Both the position numbers and the translations under genes were made by a program. Below are positions 27,930 through 41,225 of a DNA stretch of 64,000 nucleotides, piece after piece; position 1 is the first letter of the stretch, and each line of letters begins with the position of its first letter. This DNA is from Asterias rubens (lineage: Eukaryota): assembly GCF_902459465.1 (NCBI RefSeq), contig NC_047070.1, positions 16,988,001-17,052,000 on the forward strand. Reading direction: 5' to 3'. The notes under the pieces are model-generated. The model was not told where the DNA came from and made no database searches. It was given only the letters and a program-made list of their open reading frames with translations.

Positions 27930-28850
27930 GTTGAGTTGAGTGTGCCAAATTCTTCCATTGTGGGAGGAGACCAGCTGGCATTGGCTGCACGAACAAATCC
28001 ATCTGGGGAAATTCATTTGGATCTATATCCTCAACGCTCTTATTGAGTCAAGCGAGAAGAGAGACTACCATTCTCCCAGTGCTTATCGCGAATAGCCCTG
28101 TTATGTCATCACTCATGTTACGTCAAAACATCCTCGAAAAGGGGCCTTCTAATAATGTACAGCGCCAACACCGGCTAGACTTATCTTCCATAAACGACAG
28201 TCCAGCATTTCACATTACCAACAGAAAATGACATCGTCTGCTATGAAGACTAAACAGGTAAGACGAAACGTTAGGGCCAATAATTAGGACTCAGTCTGCG
28301 TGAGTGAAGTTTTTAATGCCTCGATCCACTAAATCTAAAATGGTAGTCCCGGCCGATTTTCTACAACCTGCCAAGCCAGAAGTAAGCAGGACAGTTCTTT
28401 TCGGAACTGATAAGTCTACCGAATTCCATAAATCTACTGGATCCGCTGTAGTAGAATATAAAGCAAGACACATTCTCAAACAAATGCAGGCCTTATCTGC
28501 CTGGCATGTAGATACACACATGGCAAACCAAATATATACAGAAAATGACAGCTTTCCCACTGCTTTATACATGTCGATTAATAACAGTATAGAGGTGATG
28601 CTAATGGTTTGCCGGCAGCTACATGACCACTTTAGCCCTGTATTCATACGCACCGACATCGCGCCGACTTAGCCATCTGTAAAGGTTTTGTACCTTCAAG
28701 AAATCTGCAAATATCTCTGCCAGCTACACTGTCAAACCCATGAATACCACATGCCTGTCCGAAGGGGACACATCTACTTGCATGATTTCAAGAGGGTAGA
28801 AGCTTATAAACAGGTCTTAATACACGGGACGCCTTTTTAAGGGCAAAGTG
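27930..28850 (+). mobile_element. Possible highly decayed Penelope-like element remnant
   Basis: Hammerhead-like motif preceded by a GIY-YIG-tail-like stretch (NILEKG) and followed by weak RT-like fragments. Resemblance judged by eye only. Confidence 0.35.
28241..28276 (+). ncRNA. Decayed Penelope-type hammerhead motif
   Basis: ctatgaa-GACTAA acagg TAAGAC-GAAACGTT-agg; G5 is missing and stem II has two mismatches. It lies just after a reading frame ending NILEKG...INDSPAFHITNRK*. Confidence 0.4.
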
Positions 28851-28934
28851 TTGAAAGGTCGCACACTTGAGCTGTTGGTTATTGTTTACTTGCAGCTTGC
28901 GATTCTATCGCGTGTATTAACTATCCTAGATTCT

Positions 28935-29065
28935 AGCATGGTTAGAATCCTACCCGAGTGATGTGTCGTGTTGTTTTGTTGTTGTTTTTCCGGGGGGGGG
29001 GGTCCACAGGACTCTCGAAAGTACTTCGTAAATCTTGCTACTATCATCGGTGTATGGGTGAAAAG
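28935..29065 (+). mobile_element. Decayed copy of the 39700 repeat
   Basis: ggttagaatcc...acaggactctcgaaagtact...catcggtgtatgggt. Confidence 0.55.
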
Positions 29066-30449
29066 TGCACTAATTTAATACTTTATAACCTGTTGTATGA
29101 AAGCGGTTTCACCAAACAAAGGTGTTTAAATTTACTATAGAAGATCGAAATCTGTGGGAGGAATGTGAAAAATAAATTCTAACCCTGTTAGGAAAATCAA
29201 AGATGGCGGATTTATTTCGATTAAAACATTAGGGCTTTATCAATCCTGTTGGTGGCGCACTGTCCCTTATTAACACAAAAGAATGTACGGTATGCAATTA
29301 AAAGTACTGGTAGCAATAAATAAGCTTTCGAAAACTGTACAAAGTGAACGCACTAGAACTGCGACAACAACACTGAACACAAGATGGCTTCAGTCATACT
29401 CGGATGGAAACACTGAGTTAGGTTTTTTGGGGTCCACTGTATACCAATTAACGTTAGAGAATGCAGGTTATGGGGACACGAGGTTACTGGTAGTCATGCA
29501 GCAGTAAACTGTCAAATATACATGATTTGGACGCACCAGACTCCGTGCTGATTCCAACAACCACGACTAAAAAGTTTGAGAAGTAATGTGGTCAAGATGT
29601 TGAAATGTATAAATATTTCAACATGAGAGAGTAAGTCTCGTCAACATGTAAACCATGGTCTCAAGTCAGACAGGAACTGAGATATTATTACTAAAACTAT
29701 CATGATGATGAAACTACATCGAAAGAATAGCTTTAAATAGAACTGGGATCAAAGAAGATAAAGTACAATAAATATAGGGATGGGGGATCGTGAATTAAAC
29801 CCAACTTTTGAGGATTATGACATTTGATCCAAGCAGTTGTTCACCAAAAGCAGGAAACGCAACAAGGACCTTAAGAAAGATGTGAAGTATACGGGGAATG
29901 TGCCACAATCCACAATTAATTTAGTTTCATTTGTTCTAAAATTTGTGAAGCCAACAAGCCAAGAACAAAATGGAGAGAATGAGGAAGTTTCGGACCTTCT
30001 TTAGAAAATGGTCCCCAATTTGGAAATCGGCAAGGGAGTCGCAGAGAAGACCAACAGTCATCAGTCAAAGACTTGGTTTTTAATACCATTGAGGAATTCA
30101 TGGATGGAAACTTACAAGACGTCCATCGGGGAAAGCAGGGAAGTTGGACTTGTGTGGGTGTAACTCGGGTATACAACTGCATTAAACAAGCCGAACTCTA
30201 AGTAGATATTTTGATTAAGAGTACACTTTTATTTCGAAAATGCGAACTCAACGTGTTTAGTCGCTCGGCACCATGCTTAAAGACCAAGATTCAAAGGGGG
30301 AAAAAACAAGCAAAATGCTCCTGACAAGACCTTTATTGGAAGATACCAACCATAAGGGACGAAGTCTAGAGCGAGGAAACCAATGAAGACGAAGCGTGTA
30401 TTGTTCCCAACGCACAGAAAGACGCAGAGGTATTGTAAGAACAGAAATG

Positions 30450-31070
30450 AAAGGAAACATGGAAATATAACAGCCGAGTAAAACAAAATTAACCCGTACA
30501 CCATCACATGGGAAATTTAGTAAATGGCTTTAACTTTAAAAGCTCAGCCACACATACTCACACACAAAAGTAGTATGGAACAATACATCAACAGATTGAA
30601 CAAAAATAATAGGAAAATAGGAAATGATAATGTAAAGGTTTTATTTATAATTAAAAAAAGATAAATGAAAAAAAGAAACAGGAAATGATGATTTGTCAAG
30701 ATAATATAAGAAATAGGAAATTCTTATTTTAAAGTTTACATTTAAAAAGATTTTCCCTTGTGGTTTATTTTGATATTTAAAAAGATTCATAGAAATTCTC
30801 ATTTGACAAGTTTTAAAGAGAGGAAAGCTCAAGTAATATCTCATCAAAGACTTATAAGGAGAAACGGGAAGCAATTGATTGCTATAGCCGAGAGAGTGCA
30901 ACAAAATGTGAAAGCAGGAATATTGTAAATTGGAAAATGCCAAACTGGCGAGCTGACAGGGAGCAAAGAAGAGACAGCTGAGATCCTGACAGATATTGAA
31001 TTTACAGAAGTAGACGTCAAGGCCAAAATTATAGATACCCTGAAACCAGATTATGGGGAGCTGTAGACTA
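30450..31070 (+). mobile_element. Decayed CR1-like LINE ORF2 fragments
   Basis: GELTGSKEETAEIL at 30947-30988 followed by TDIEFTEVDVK, resembling the CR1 EN-RT linker; endonuclease-like start near 30465; many stops. Confidence 0.5.
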
Positions 31071-31121
31071 ACTTTGGAAGGGGTCTTTATGATCAGATAA
31101 TGGGTATCAAATGTGAGTGCG

Positions 31122-31225
31122 TAGTGCTTTACCGTGGTAAACAGCACTCAGGTGTCATGACCAGGACTCGAACCCATACTCTACTGATCAGAGCAAAAGG
31201 TCAGGAGTCCCGTGCACATTAGAAT
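31122..31225 (-). mobile_element. tRNA-derived SINE head fragment
   Basis: Minus strand ctctgatcagtagagtatGGGTTCGAGTCCtggtcatgacac (B box at 31164-31174). Confidence 0.6.
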
Positions 31226-33730
31226 TATGACAAAGGCAAGTCAACAATTTTACAATTTGCATACGATAATCTAACATGATATTTATTGCAAGGGACATGA
31301 TCACAAGAATTTCCTTGTGAAATTTGCAAAAATAATGGTGTTCGCTTTCTAAGGATATCTCGTTGCATATGAGCTGAGTAATGTGGTTAAATGTGGAAAC
31401 ATTAAAATATGCCAACATGTGCCGACAGCGGCCCTCAATATCCCCTCTCTGTCAAAACCAATGGGTCATGCTCCATCTGTGGACAGCTAGGCCAGCCCCC
31501 AGAAAAAGAAAAAAAATCATTTCAAAAATAAATGAATACTGTGGCGCATAAGTGCCTTTTATTGCTTTCAAATTTCCTATCTTTATGTCCCGAAGATCCT
31601 TGAAATTTTTAAGAGGGTACGACAAAACGTAGGACTTGACCCAAATATAAATGTATGAATTGTGAAAATGCTTTTCAAAGCACACTGCGAACTTCGGTTT
31701 TCAAAAACCATTATCGACACTTTGTGTGGACCAAATTATACATGAACAAACGGGGTCATCGGAGAATAGGAGAATAGTAAGAACGAATAACTAGTTTCAC
31801 TAAAAGTATGTTGAAAACTCGCCAGATCAAAGCTACTAGTGTTTTATTAATTTCTCAAAAACAGAAAACAGAAAACGTTAACGAATATTGTCAAGAAGCC
31901 TTTATTCAACATTTCTTGAATTGGAATACTATAGCCAACTCTAGTCCGACATTTTGCAAACGATGAGTCGCAAAAATTAAGTAGTCGCCAAACTTTGTCA
32001 GAAACGTTTTAAATTACCGCAGCAGTTTAGATCAATATCGTCACAAACATAGTATTTTTTCAAATGTTAAATTACTCCATTTACACCATAATTAGACTGC
32101 TTCAATTTAATAATTGACCCCCCGTCAAATTAAGCCCTTTTTATGTCAATAACTCTGTAGCAATGGGGTTCAATCTACTGGTGACCAGGGCAGGGGGTGG
32201 CCACTGCCGAGTGTCTGAAATATCCATTGGTTTGCCGGCCCAAAATGTTGTAACCGCTGCTCTGTCCACAAAACCAACTATAAAAATTACCTAAAGAAGA
32301 ATGGAACATCCTGAGTTTATTTACGGAAACGCGAGCTCACTTTATTCATTTCCAACCGACAAATATCGCTTACATCAAACAACATGAGTATGTGGTTCGA
32401 CCACTCACTTCAGGTGCCTAGGATGTTTGACCATAAAGCCCAAAACAGTCTCATGCTTTTTGAACTAACAATCTAAGACGAGAAACCTTATAACTTTTAC
32501 CATCAAGTCTCCGAGATTCATCCGTTTCGAGTCACAATGGTGCTCAGGCCAACTTCATACCGAGTATGTTCACGAATAACAACTACGTCATTTATGAAAG
32601 ATGTAGTTGTTGTGCCGCACTTTAAGATTCCTTGGTCTAAACGCTCAAGAGAATACGACGCCAACCCTGCATTGTCACATGTCTGTATTCATCAACATAA
32701 CTACAAATGCTATATATTGAGGAAATGGCCTCTGTTGCCCCTGTCGTGGTATTGGTGCCCCTTGAAAGGTCTTTCCCAGAAACGTTAACATTTGCCAATC
32801 GACTGGCCCTTCGTAAAATGAAACTGGCATTGCCCTCTCAAAGATGGAAATGATTAAAGACAGGGCATGACGTACACCATGGGGTAAGCGCACAAAATGC
32901 AAATGTAAAGCAAATATGAGTGAGAGTTTCGTACAAGGGGGTTCAAATAATGAAATGAAATGAGAAAATAAACATGCCTCAGTCAAAACAACTTCTAAGA
33001 GCAGAGACTTGTCAGCAATAATAAACTTCCAACGAGCCTATAACTGCACCTTTGAAATGTGCATATACGAAGAATGATGTACTCTCGGTCACTGGTAATT
33101 GAGCGTCCTTAAAAATGTCATTAAATGGCTTTCATCTGCTGTATCAAAAGAACATGCCTTAAGCGACTATGGGAAACAGGGCGTATTCGATCGTTATTTT
33201 GCGGTGTGTGTTTTTTAAAGATCGCCAATGGCAGATACAGAGTGACACACATAGAAGAATTGCATTATCTGTAACCCATTTATTAGAAAATGTCGTGTGT
33301 TTCGACAATGGCTTATGTCTGGGGGGGGGGGGCAGCCGTTGTGTGTTGTCTCTCGAACGAAGGTGCCCCTAGCCTTGGAGGTTTGAGTCGACCTAAATCT
33401 GCATACTTTTGCATGTTTATGTTGTGCTACTCTTTCGTACTGAGGTAGTAAACTCTTTTGTACAAAGTCAAGTTCATAAAAAAAAAAAACTTAAACGGTC
33501 GCTCCATTGAGTGTATATAACCCCCCCCCCCCCCCCTCAGTGCGGTGTTTCTTTTATACTCGGCCTGAGCAAAGTGGCCTCTAATGGAAAAACAATTAAG
33601 AAGCAAAATAAAAAACAAAGTCATTCAAAATCACTCGGCCACAATTTTATGGCTCTGCTTAACAGGGAATTCCGCGCTCACGTCAAGCGTATTTCACGGG
33701 TTAGCAGGGAATTTTTGCTTGTGCGCGTAT

Positions 33731-33951
33731 TGACCCATTTCGCCTGACGTCATCATCAAAAAAATCTTGAATGCGCCATACTGGTGGCCAATTTCACTGT
33801 CCGTTTTTATATATAACTCTATGGTGTGTGTTACGCAGTGAAAGTGCGCGTTTTAGGCGACGTTGCATTGATACACGTAAACCTAACTTGCCCCCCAACA
33901 TGGTGAGCGTGGATCAGTCGCCGCGTACTGTGACGCGCGTGCAAGGGGTCA
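33731..33951. mobile_element. MITE with short TIRs and an AT duplication
   Basis: AT|TGACCC..tgacgtca ... tgacgcgcgtgcaaGGGGTCA|AT. Confidence 0.5.
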
Positions 33952-34225
33952 ATACTGCAGTGGACATTCTTCGTTTACACAGCTAGAGCAGAAGTTCGGC
34001 GCTTGCACATCAGTAAGCGGGGAATGGTGATTGATCGTAAGCACAGGATTTGGTGGTAAGCAGAGTCATGAAATTGTGTCCTGGAGGATGGAGAGGACAG
34101 ATTGAGGTACGTTGGACATTCATCTATCTAGGCGACAGGATGGGGCGTTAACAAATCTCATCATAGGTTGACTTAGAAGGATTATTAAGACAGAAGGAAA
34201 ACACAGGCACTCATTGATTTTTAGA

Positions 34226-34560
34226 GGATCGAGGCAGTAGGGATCTTACACAAACTAAAATCGGTTGTATAGGATTTAGGGACCCCAAAATTTGATGTGA
34301 TGGATTGAGGCAGTAGGGATCTACAGACCCTCAAATCGGTAGATTTCGAACTCGGATTGAGGCAGTATTTTGAGATCCTATAAACTCATTATGTTTTTGT
34401 TTTTTTAAGGATTGGGGCAGTATACAGATCCTTCATTAACTCATAACGATTGATTGTGTCTATATGACTTAGAATTGTGATTGATGGAGGCAGTATGGAT
34501 TTTACATAAACTCATATCGTTTGTTTTGAATAATTGAGGCAGTAGGGATCCTACATAATC
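34226..34560. repeat. Degenerate minisatellite, six units with core gattgaggcagtagggatc
   Basis: Cores near 34226, 34302, 34354, 34409, 34483 and 34533; spacing 50-76 bp. Confidence 0.8.
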
Positions 34561-35184
34561 AAACCATTGAATTATTAAACATTAAAATCCGGCTATCTCG
34601 GCGGTTGTAAATATATTTATTTTGTACTAAAACAATCTTAATTTTTATGCAGTATTCGCGGAGACTATGCTTCCCCCGACTATGAGCAAGGCTTTATATG
34701 GTACCGCACCTGGTAACTAACATATAATTGGAGATGAACATTGCAGCAGATCAAAATCCAGAGGCATTAGGACATCACCTGGTTGAAAAGGGATATCTCG
34801 CTGCACGTAGACTGAAATCACTAACCTCTGTAGTTTCTAAAATGCAGTCAAGGGGTAAATCAACTTCATGTGTTTTAATTTATATCCAATGTTCAAAACA
34901 GGTGTATAGTCCACAATGATAATCCCCTCGACTAACAAGAACTTCAATACCTCGGCACGATTCGAAAATCAGTCCCACACTCACCGGTCACTTTATCATT
35001 CTGTTTACGTATGAAACTACGCAAGTACCACCATCACTGTCACTCACGCTTTATTTGAATTCAACTTGAGCGAGAGAGTTATTATTTCAGAGGACGTGTA
35101 CACAGTTATTTCGCATCTCTATTATACATCTCATGCACGTCCAATACTGATTTGATGACGTGAGGTCGGACAACCCACCCATAC

Positions 35185-35373
35185 CAAGTGTTGCCAACTC
35201 TCCCTGATTCTGCTGAATCCCTGAAATTTAACCAATCTTTCTATGATCTGAAGAACAAATTCTAGATTTCACCGATTATGAAAACACCCTATATGTTGAA
35301 TATATAATTCTAAATATCTCTCTGATTGTTGAACTAAGTCTCCCTGATTGCAAGATGCAAACGTTGGCAGCTC
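35185..35373. mobile_element. Possible small TIR element (TGTTGCCAAC/GTTGGCAGC) with repeated ctccctgatt subterminal motif
   Basis: Inverted termini; ctccctgatt occurs near both ends. Confidence 0.4.
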
Positions 35374-37894
35374 AACCCCCACCACACCATACAACCACCA
35401 ATGTCTGAGATAGTTGGAATTGTAAGTTGATGATATTGCTCGTTCCCCGTTTTGTATAACTGGGCTAACTTAATTACCTTTTACGGAGCATCCTTCTTTG
35501 CTCATGGGTGGGCAAAGAGTACACCCAAGTTGGAAATCAAATAGTTCTCCACGTCTTCTTGCACAAAATAGGTTTCATTTTGCTCAATGACCGGGAGCCA
35601 CAAAAGGGAATCAACAACTTTTGGTGTATCTCACAGAAATAAGAATTATACACGTCAGGTCTCTTTGAAATTACATCCGTAAATGGTTTAATATTATCCG
35701 TGTGAACGAGAACGGTGCCTGAGCAGGCTGGGGAAAAAATGGCTTAAGTCTATAATCGTTATAAGTAGCTTGTGACGAGCAGACATGCTTGTCTCATGTG
35801 ATCGCAGTTGTAGGCTGCCCATGGATGATTCTTCTGGTCGTATTAAAATCGCCGTGAACTCTCGCTCCAGTTTTCAGCGCTGGGTGCATCGGGATGGACC
35901 TCCTTTTTCTTGTCTTACAACGATAATCTTAGCCTAGTGGTAGTTGCGAGGCCGTGACTATGTACTCGCGCTTGATCACGTAGACAACAAAATGTGCATT
36001 TTTCACTCCTGCACTAATGCGATGAAATTGTTTTAGTGCAGGCAGCTGAGAGTTGGAGAGGACAAAACTACAGGCCGTCGCTTTTCATGAAAGACATCTT
36101 TATTAAAAACAGACCCAGCCGAGACACTTATTTCATCACCAAATAAAGACACAAAGAATGGATTTCTTAAAGGTCGATCTGCAGCACAAATCAGAGTAAA
36201 TGGGACTAGACCATGACGATTGTAGGCAGTAATCAAAAAAATCCTCAAAGATATACAAGTATTTGACGCTGAAAAAATTATGAATACACGACAGTAGAAA
36301 AAATTTGGAAATGGGCGTGGCATTGACTGTGTCACGAAAGAGACGATTTCCATCATTGATGCATCATCGACTGATAGCACTGTGCTCTAACTAGTGGATG
36401 CGAACCAAAGCATACCGTGGACAACTATACACGTGAACTTTAATGTACGAACAACATGGTAGCGTTTTCACATTCGCCATACAACTTTAAGAGAGCTGTA
36501 GTCGTCGCTGTCCCAACCCCCCCTCGGGGGAACAGGGACCCTGGCCAAGATACACTCATATGCGTCACGAGGAACTTCAGCTTCGCATCTCTAACAGTCA
36601 GTTGTGAGATAATTGCGTCTCTGTGGGGAGGTGTGTCCCTATCCGTGTGGTGAAGTGAGAACTTGAGTGTCGTCACAGTACTCGATGATCGATTTAGAAT
36701 GATTGATTTAATGGGCATTGCTTCGCTGAGAACGGATTGCGGGACTTAGTGTGTACGAGTGGCCGGGGCTGCTTATAAAGAGGGAGGATTGTCATAAAAT
36801 TCGACATAAGGTAAAGTAGTTTCAAGTTTGATACGAGACTTATTGGTTTTCGAAATTTGTATACGAAAAATTCCCATGAGATTTTATTGATGTTACTGTT
36901 TCAACCGAAAAGAAATAAACAAAGAGCGGCACCAAAATACCAGCAGAAGAAAATGTAAAACCGTTTAATTAACGTCGTTTGGTAAAAAATGTACATCATT
37001 TCGCATAAATGTATAACAATAACAAAACCAAATCGTCTAAGGACTTGTATTTGTAAAATCTTCCGTTTGGTTTGAAAGCACTTCCACGTTTCAAGTCCAC
37101 TCTGTCCTTGTCATGAATCGATGTTCTCTCTCTACTTTTCAATACCTTGTTAAGACATCTACAAATATGTAGCTCACCTTGTCTAATTAATGTAAAAACT
37201 ATTTATTTTCAACCCTGGAAACTTGCAGACGTTATTTTGTTCAGTTTGGTGCGCGATCTGTGCGTATACATCATGTCAGCCAGTCGTTGGCTAATGAGCG
37301 TGCGTTCCTCAAAGTGTAAATCACACAATTATTAGTATGTTTTTTTTTTTTTTTTAAGAATACATCAATGTTCATCAAACAGTAAGATGCATCCAGTAAA
37401 GATTAGATTGATTTCCCTTACATAAGACCCCCCTTCCCGCTTAAAAAAGGGGGTGGGGAGAGAGTTGCAAATTTCCAACCTTCGTCACTCTCTATTCCAG
37501 AAAGTGTGCCAAGATGTTAGATTAAGCACGAAGGTAATTTAACTTATACCGAACCAAATCTCGCTTTAACTCCATCCACAGCAATCGGTAAAATGCAATT
37601 ATTTGTGTGAAAATGTCGAGGTAGGACCCGGTTAAGGGCTGGAAAGCCCCGCGGGCCATCGCGTCGTCGTGCCCCGATGAAATTTTAAGCGGTCAACACG
37701 GTGATAAAAAACATACGAGCACCAATTCCTTACAATTTGTTTAAGTGTTAAATTGAGATGGTTTATGCAGTGAACGTGCTGGCAGGTTTTCAATCCCAGC
37801 AGCTTTTTAAAAGTACATTACACACAAGAGTCACGAACAAACACAACTGAACAAATGTTTGTTATCGGAAAGGTGCAACCGTATGTCGTATACC

Positions 37895-38090
37895 TTGAAG
37901 GGAAGGACATTTGGTAATCACTCTTTAAAATATTAATGGAAAACAAAACTATTTGTTAAAAGGTTGCAGCAAACTTCGATCGTATCTTCGAGAAACATTT
38001 ACTTCGAAGTTGTTATAGCAAAAAATGTAAAAAATATATCAGTTTCTAAACCAATCAGTTCCAAAAGCCAAAAGTATACTCTGTCTTTAA
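37895..38090. mobile_element. Possible decayed TTAA-type MITE
   Basis: ttgaagggaaggacatttggtaat ... ccaaaagtatactctgtctttaa resemble decayed inverted termini. Confidence 0.4.
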
Positions 38091-38450
38091 AAGAGTCCAT
38101 TCGAACACTTTAAATTTTAAGAAACAATTCTTAAAACCAACCTACAACAATTGGCACCATATAGTCAGGTAAAAGGTTTAAACATCGGACAGTTACACTT
38201 CTTTGAGAAACATGGTTTGTCTTGATACTGGTCAACATATTGCCCAACGACGCAGTACATAAGTATTGGAGGAATAATCATCTTCCTCTGGAAATTTTTG
38301 TCTGAAATGCTGTATTTTCTGTACTCTTTACAGCATTTGTAATTATCGAGGAAAAATATTCAAACTGAGAGTTCACTGGTTCAAAGTCCAAACCATAGTA
38401 CGAAGATACACACATAATCTTAAATTTAAATACCAACATCGTTCTCTGTG

Positions 38451-38540
38451 TGTTTGTTGGTGTGTTTGTTTGTTTGTTTGTTTGTTTGTTTGTTTGTTTG
38501 TTTGTTTGTTTGTTTGTTTGTTTGTTTGTTTGTTTGTTGG
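38451..38540. repeat. (TTTG)n microsatellite
   Basis: Direct reading. Confidence 0.97.
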
Positions 38541-39699
38541 GTGTTTGGAGGTTTGTAAACTTACAAACCAACAAACACCCAACAAACTTGTATCTCTACA
38601 TCAAATGTCCCTAATCAATTCCTGAACGTGACAGGAGATGACTTAACTTTGACATAATGTGAAACAAGACTTCTTGGGAATCTTACGCTCTGAACTCTTA
38701 ATCTTTATAGTCGGGCCATAGTAAAAATGGCACTCCTGCACTTTTCCCGCATCGAACACGCGGGTTCGAGTACGTGACAAGTTCACAATACCAAAAAGCA
38801 CGGGCCGAATTTATACACTTCACTGGTAATGAATTTGTAGCGCCAGGAACGAATAACGTGATGTTTATCGACCTGGCAAATAACACAGCTGCCTACGGTT
38901 GTAAGCCTACTGTCTCACAAGTGCCTTTAACTAACGATACGGTCTTGTCCCGGTTGGACGCGAGTTAAATTGTAAGCATCGACCATTATTTACACGAAGA
39001 GCAATATGCTGCGCGCTTTTATCATTGCGTAGTGTTTGCAGTAGTTTATTAGGCATGCACGTAACCACTGCGCAATGTTTGCAAATAACCAGTGCGAAAT
39101 ATTTGCATTATAAGTAACCACTTTACGGCCAACCGCGCGTCATTCCATCAGAGGTGACTATGTTTGCAGTACCCTGCGCAGCCAATGTTTCCTACGCTCG
39201 ATCAAAAGTATTTGGTTTATTACATATTTCCTCATCCGAAGCCACCCACTGAATCGGCCATAACTTGGCTCATTATTTTAATATTTCCTCTAAGAACCAT
39301 ATTCGCTGAGCTGTGTTCTATTCTGGTTTGTAGTAATGTTGTATAGTCTCCCCAAGGTGCTTTTTAACCCACTTACATGTCCTAATTAGTCCTATAATTC
39401 AGACGATACTACACGATAATTCGCTGTTTGGGGGCACGATAAGAAGACTGGCTTTGTACCTAAATCATGTCTCAGCTTTGCTTTAGAACCGATGAATCAC
39501 CGAGTAAAACCTTACATCATTACGATATACACTGTTCAGGCGTACAAGAGATGAAGTATAAAGCAGTTTTGGTAGCTATCCTGGCATTATACAATCACAC
39601 TTACAAACAGACCTAACAGCACCCCCCCCCCCTACTTTAGGTGCACCAAACAAACATGTAAAACAAGTGATAAATATTTTAAACAAACAAACACATATC

Positions 39700-39930
39700 T
39701 AAAATACATATCTTTTATCGTCGCGGTACCCGCTGCCAAAACATAGGATTCGAACTGCCTCTGCTACCGGGCAACCTCGGTAGTCTATAGTTGGTATTAA
39801 ATACACTGCTCTAGAATTGCAAGGGTCGTGGGTTCGAATCCCTGTGATATCACAGGACTCGGGAAAGTACTGAGTATACAGTGCTAACACACATCGGTGT
39901 ATGAGTAAAAATCAAAATTAATAAAATACA
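39700..39930 (+). mobile_element. tRNA-derived interspersed repeat (SINE-like)
   Basis: A-box-like tagtctatagttggt, B box ggttcgaatccc (39831-39842) and tail caggactcgggaaagtactgagtatacagtgct...catcggtgtatg, which recurs at 28935-29065 and 62703-62770. Confidence 0.7.
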
Positions 39931-40161
39931 TTCATAAGGTCTGTTTAAAAAAATCCATCACTGTAGGCGTATACTAATTATGCCAAACCACTTTTGAGTT
40001 CCAGTAAAGGGTTTTTGGATTTCTTCAGTTTAATAGTTTCCCTCGGTCTTATAATGTTAATCAGGACTTCATGTAACTAATTAATAATTCCACTTGACAC
40101 ACAGAGACACCAACTTGGACGTCTAACCTTTTAACCTATCGGCCTAAACGGCCTCATGAAA

Positions 40162-40192
40162 CTGACGTTTCGACCAGTATGGTCTTCAGGAG
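40162..40192 (-). ncRNA. Decayed Penelope-type hammerhead motif (core deletion)
   Basis: Minus strand CTC-CTGAA-GACC atact GGTC-GAAACGTC. Stem II is intact but the G8-A9 core appears deleted. Confidence 0.45.
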
Positions 40193-41005
40193 GATTGATC
40201 ACTATTCCACGGTCATTGACGTCATGTACCGACCCTCACAGGACAATGACACATCGGTCATCGTACGAAATCGCTCGTAGGGGTTTATGAAACTCAAGAT
40301 GTCTTTAATAGCAAAATCTACCTGTGGCACATTCAACAGATCATTTCGCATTCTGAACTTCTTTCACCTTCTGCTTTTCTTTTCTGTTATTGTGATGAAG
40401 CTTGAAAAACCTACGGAAACATATTACAGATCGCATTTCTTGGATCTTCGAGGTTCTGTCCCTTGCCTTGGTCTTGAATTTCCGATGTGTCCTTCTTTTA
40501 TTTTATAGGAGGGTGTTATTCAAGATGTCAAGTTGTCAGTTTTATCCCCGGGGTTACTTTGAAGACTGCAGTTTGTTTCTCTTAGGCTGGTCTGCCGGCC
40601 AGGTGGTTTTGATTGCAGCGGGCAAACAAGAAAGTGTGTCAACACAAATCCATATAAATAAATATAACATTTTCTAAAGTGTATTCAACATGTTTTCGTA
40701 GTGAGTTTTGGCAACTTAAAGACAAACAAACGAACATGCCGAAAAATGGCAATCATTTTGAGTTTGTATGATTTACAAATAAAAAGAACTATACTATTTA
40801 TTATGGTAACAACAAAAGCAACGCCAGTTTTTGTCCATGTTTCTATGGAACGCCAAAGAGGCATTTAATCATCGGTGATGGTCTTTTGCAACCGGTGATC
40901 AAATTTGTCATCGGTGGTGGTCCTATGCGATCGGTGATCAACTTTAGCGAGCGGTGATAAAACACGATCGGTGATGGTATATAGCGATCGGTCATGCATA
41001 TTCAT

Positions 41006-41225
41006 GATCGGTGGTGGCTTTTTGCAATCGGTCAACTTAAGTGATCGGTGGTGGCTTTTTGCAATCGGTCAACGTTAGGGGTCGGTGGTGGCTTTTTGCA
41101 GTTGGTCAACTTTAGGGATCGGTGATGGCTTTTTGCAATCGGTCAACTTCAGGGATCGGTGATGGCTTTTTGCATGCGGTCAACTTTAGTGATCGGTGGT
41201 GGCTTTTTGCAATCGGTCAACTTTA
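41006..41225 (+). repeat. Six 37-bp tandem units in the left foldback arm
   Basis: Unit gatcggtggtggctttttgcaatcggtcaactttagg starts at 41006, 41043, 41080, 41117, 41154 and 41191. Confidence 0.9.

Noticed and set aside
28291-28672. Overlapping 122-aa ORFs on both strands as a real gene
   Set aside because: No domain match; better explained as a decayed retroelement remnant.
34226-34560. CRISPR array
   Set aside because: Repeats are degenerate, spacers are partly homologous and of uneven length, no cas genes are present, and the context is eukaryotic.
36770-36815. TATA box (cttataaag) followed by a donor-like aag|gtaaag
   Set aside because: Too short to be significant in AT-rich DNA without transcript data.
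39781-39845. Functional tRNA gene
   Set aside because: Acceptor and anticodon stems do not pair properly, and it is embedded in a multi-copy repeat.
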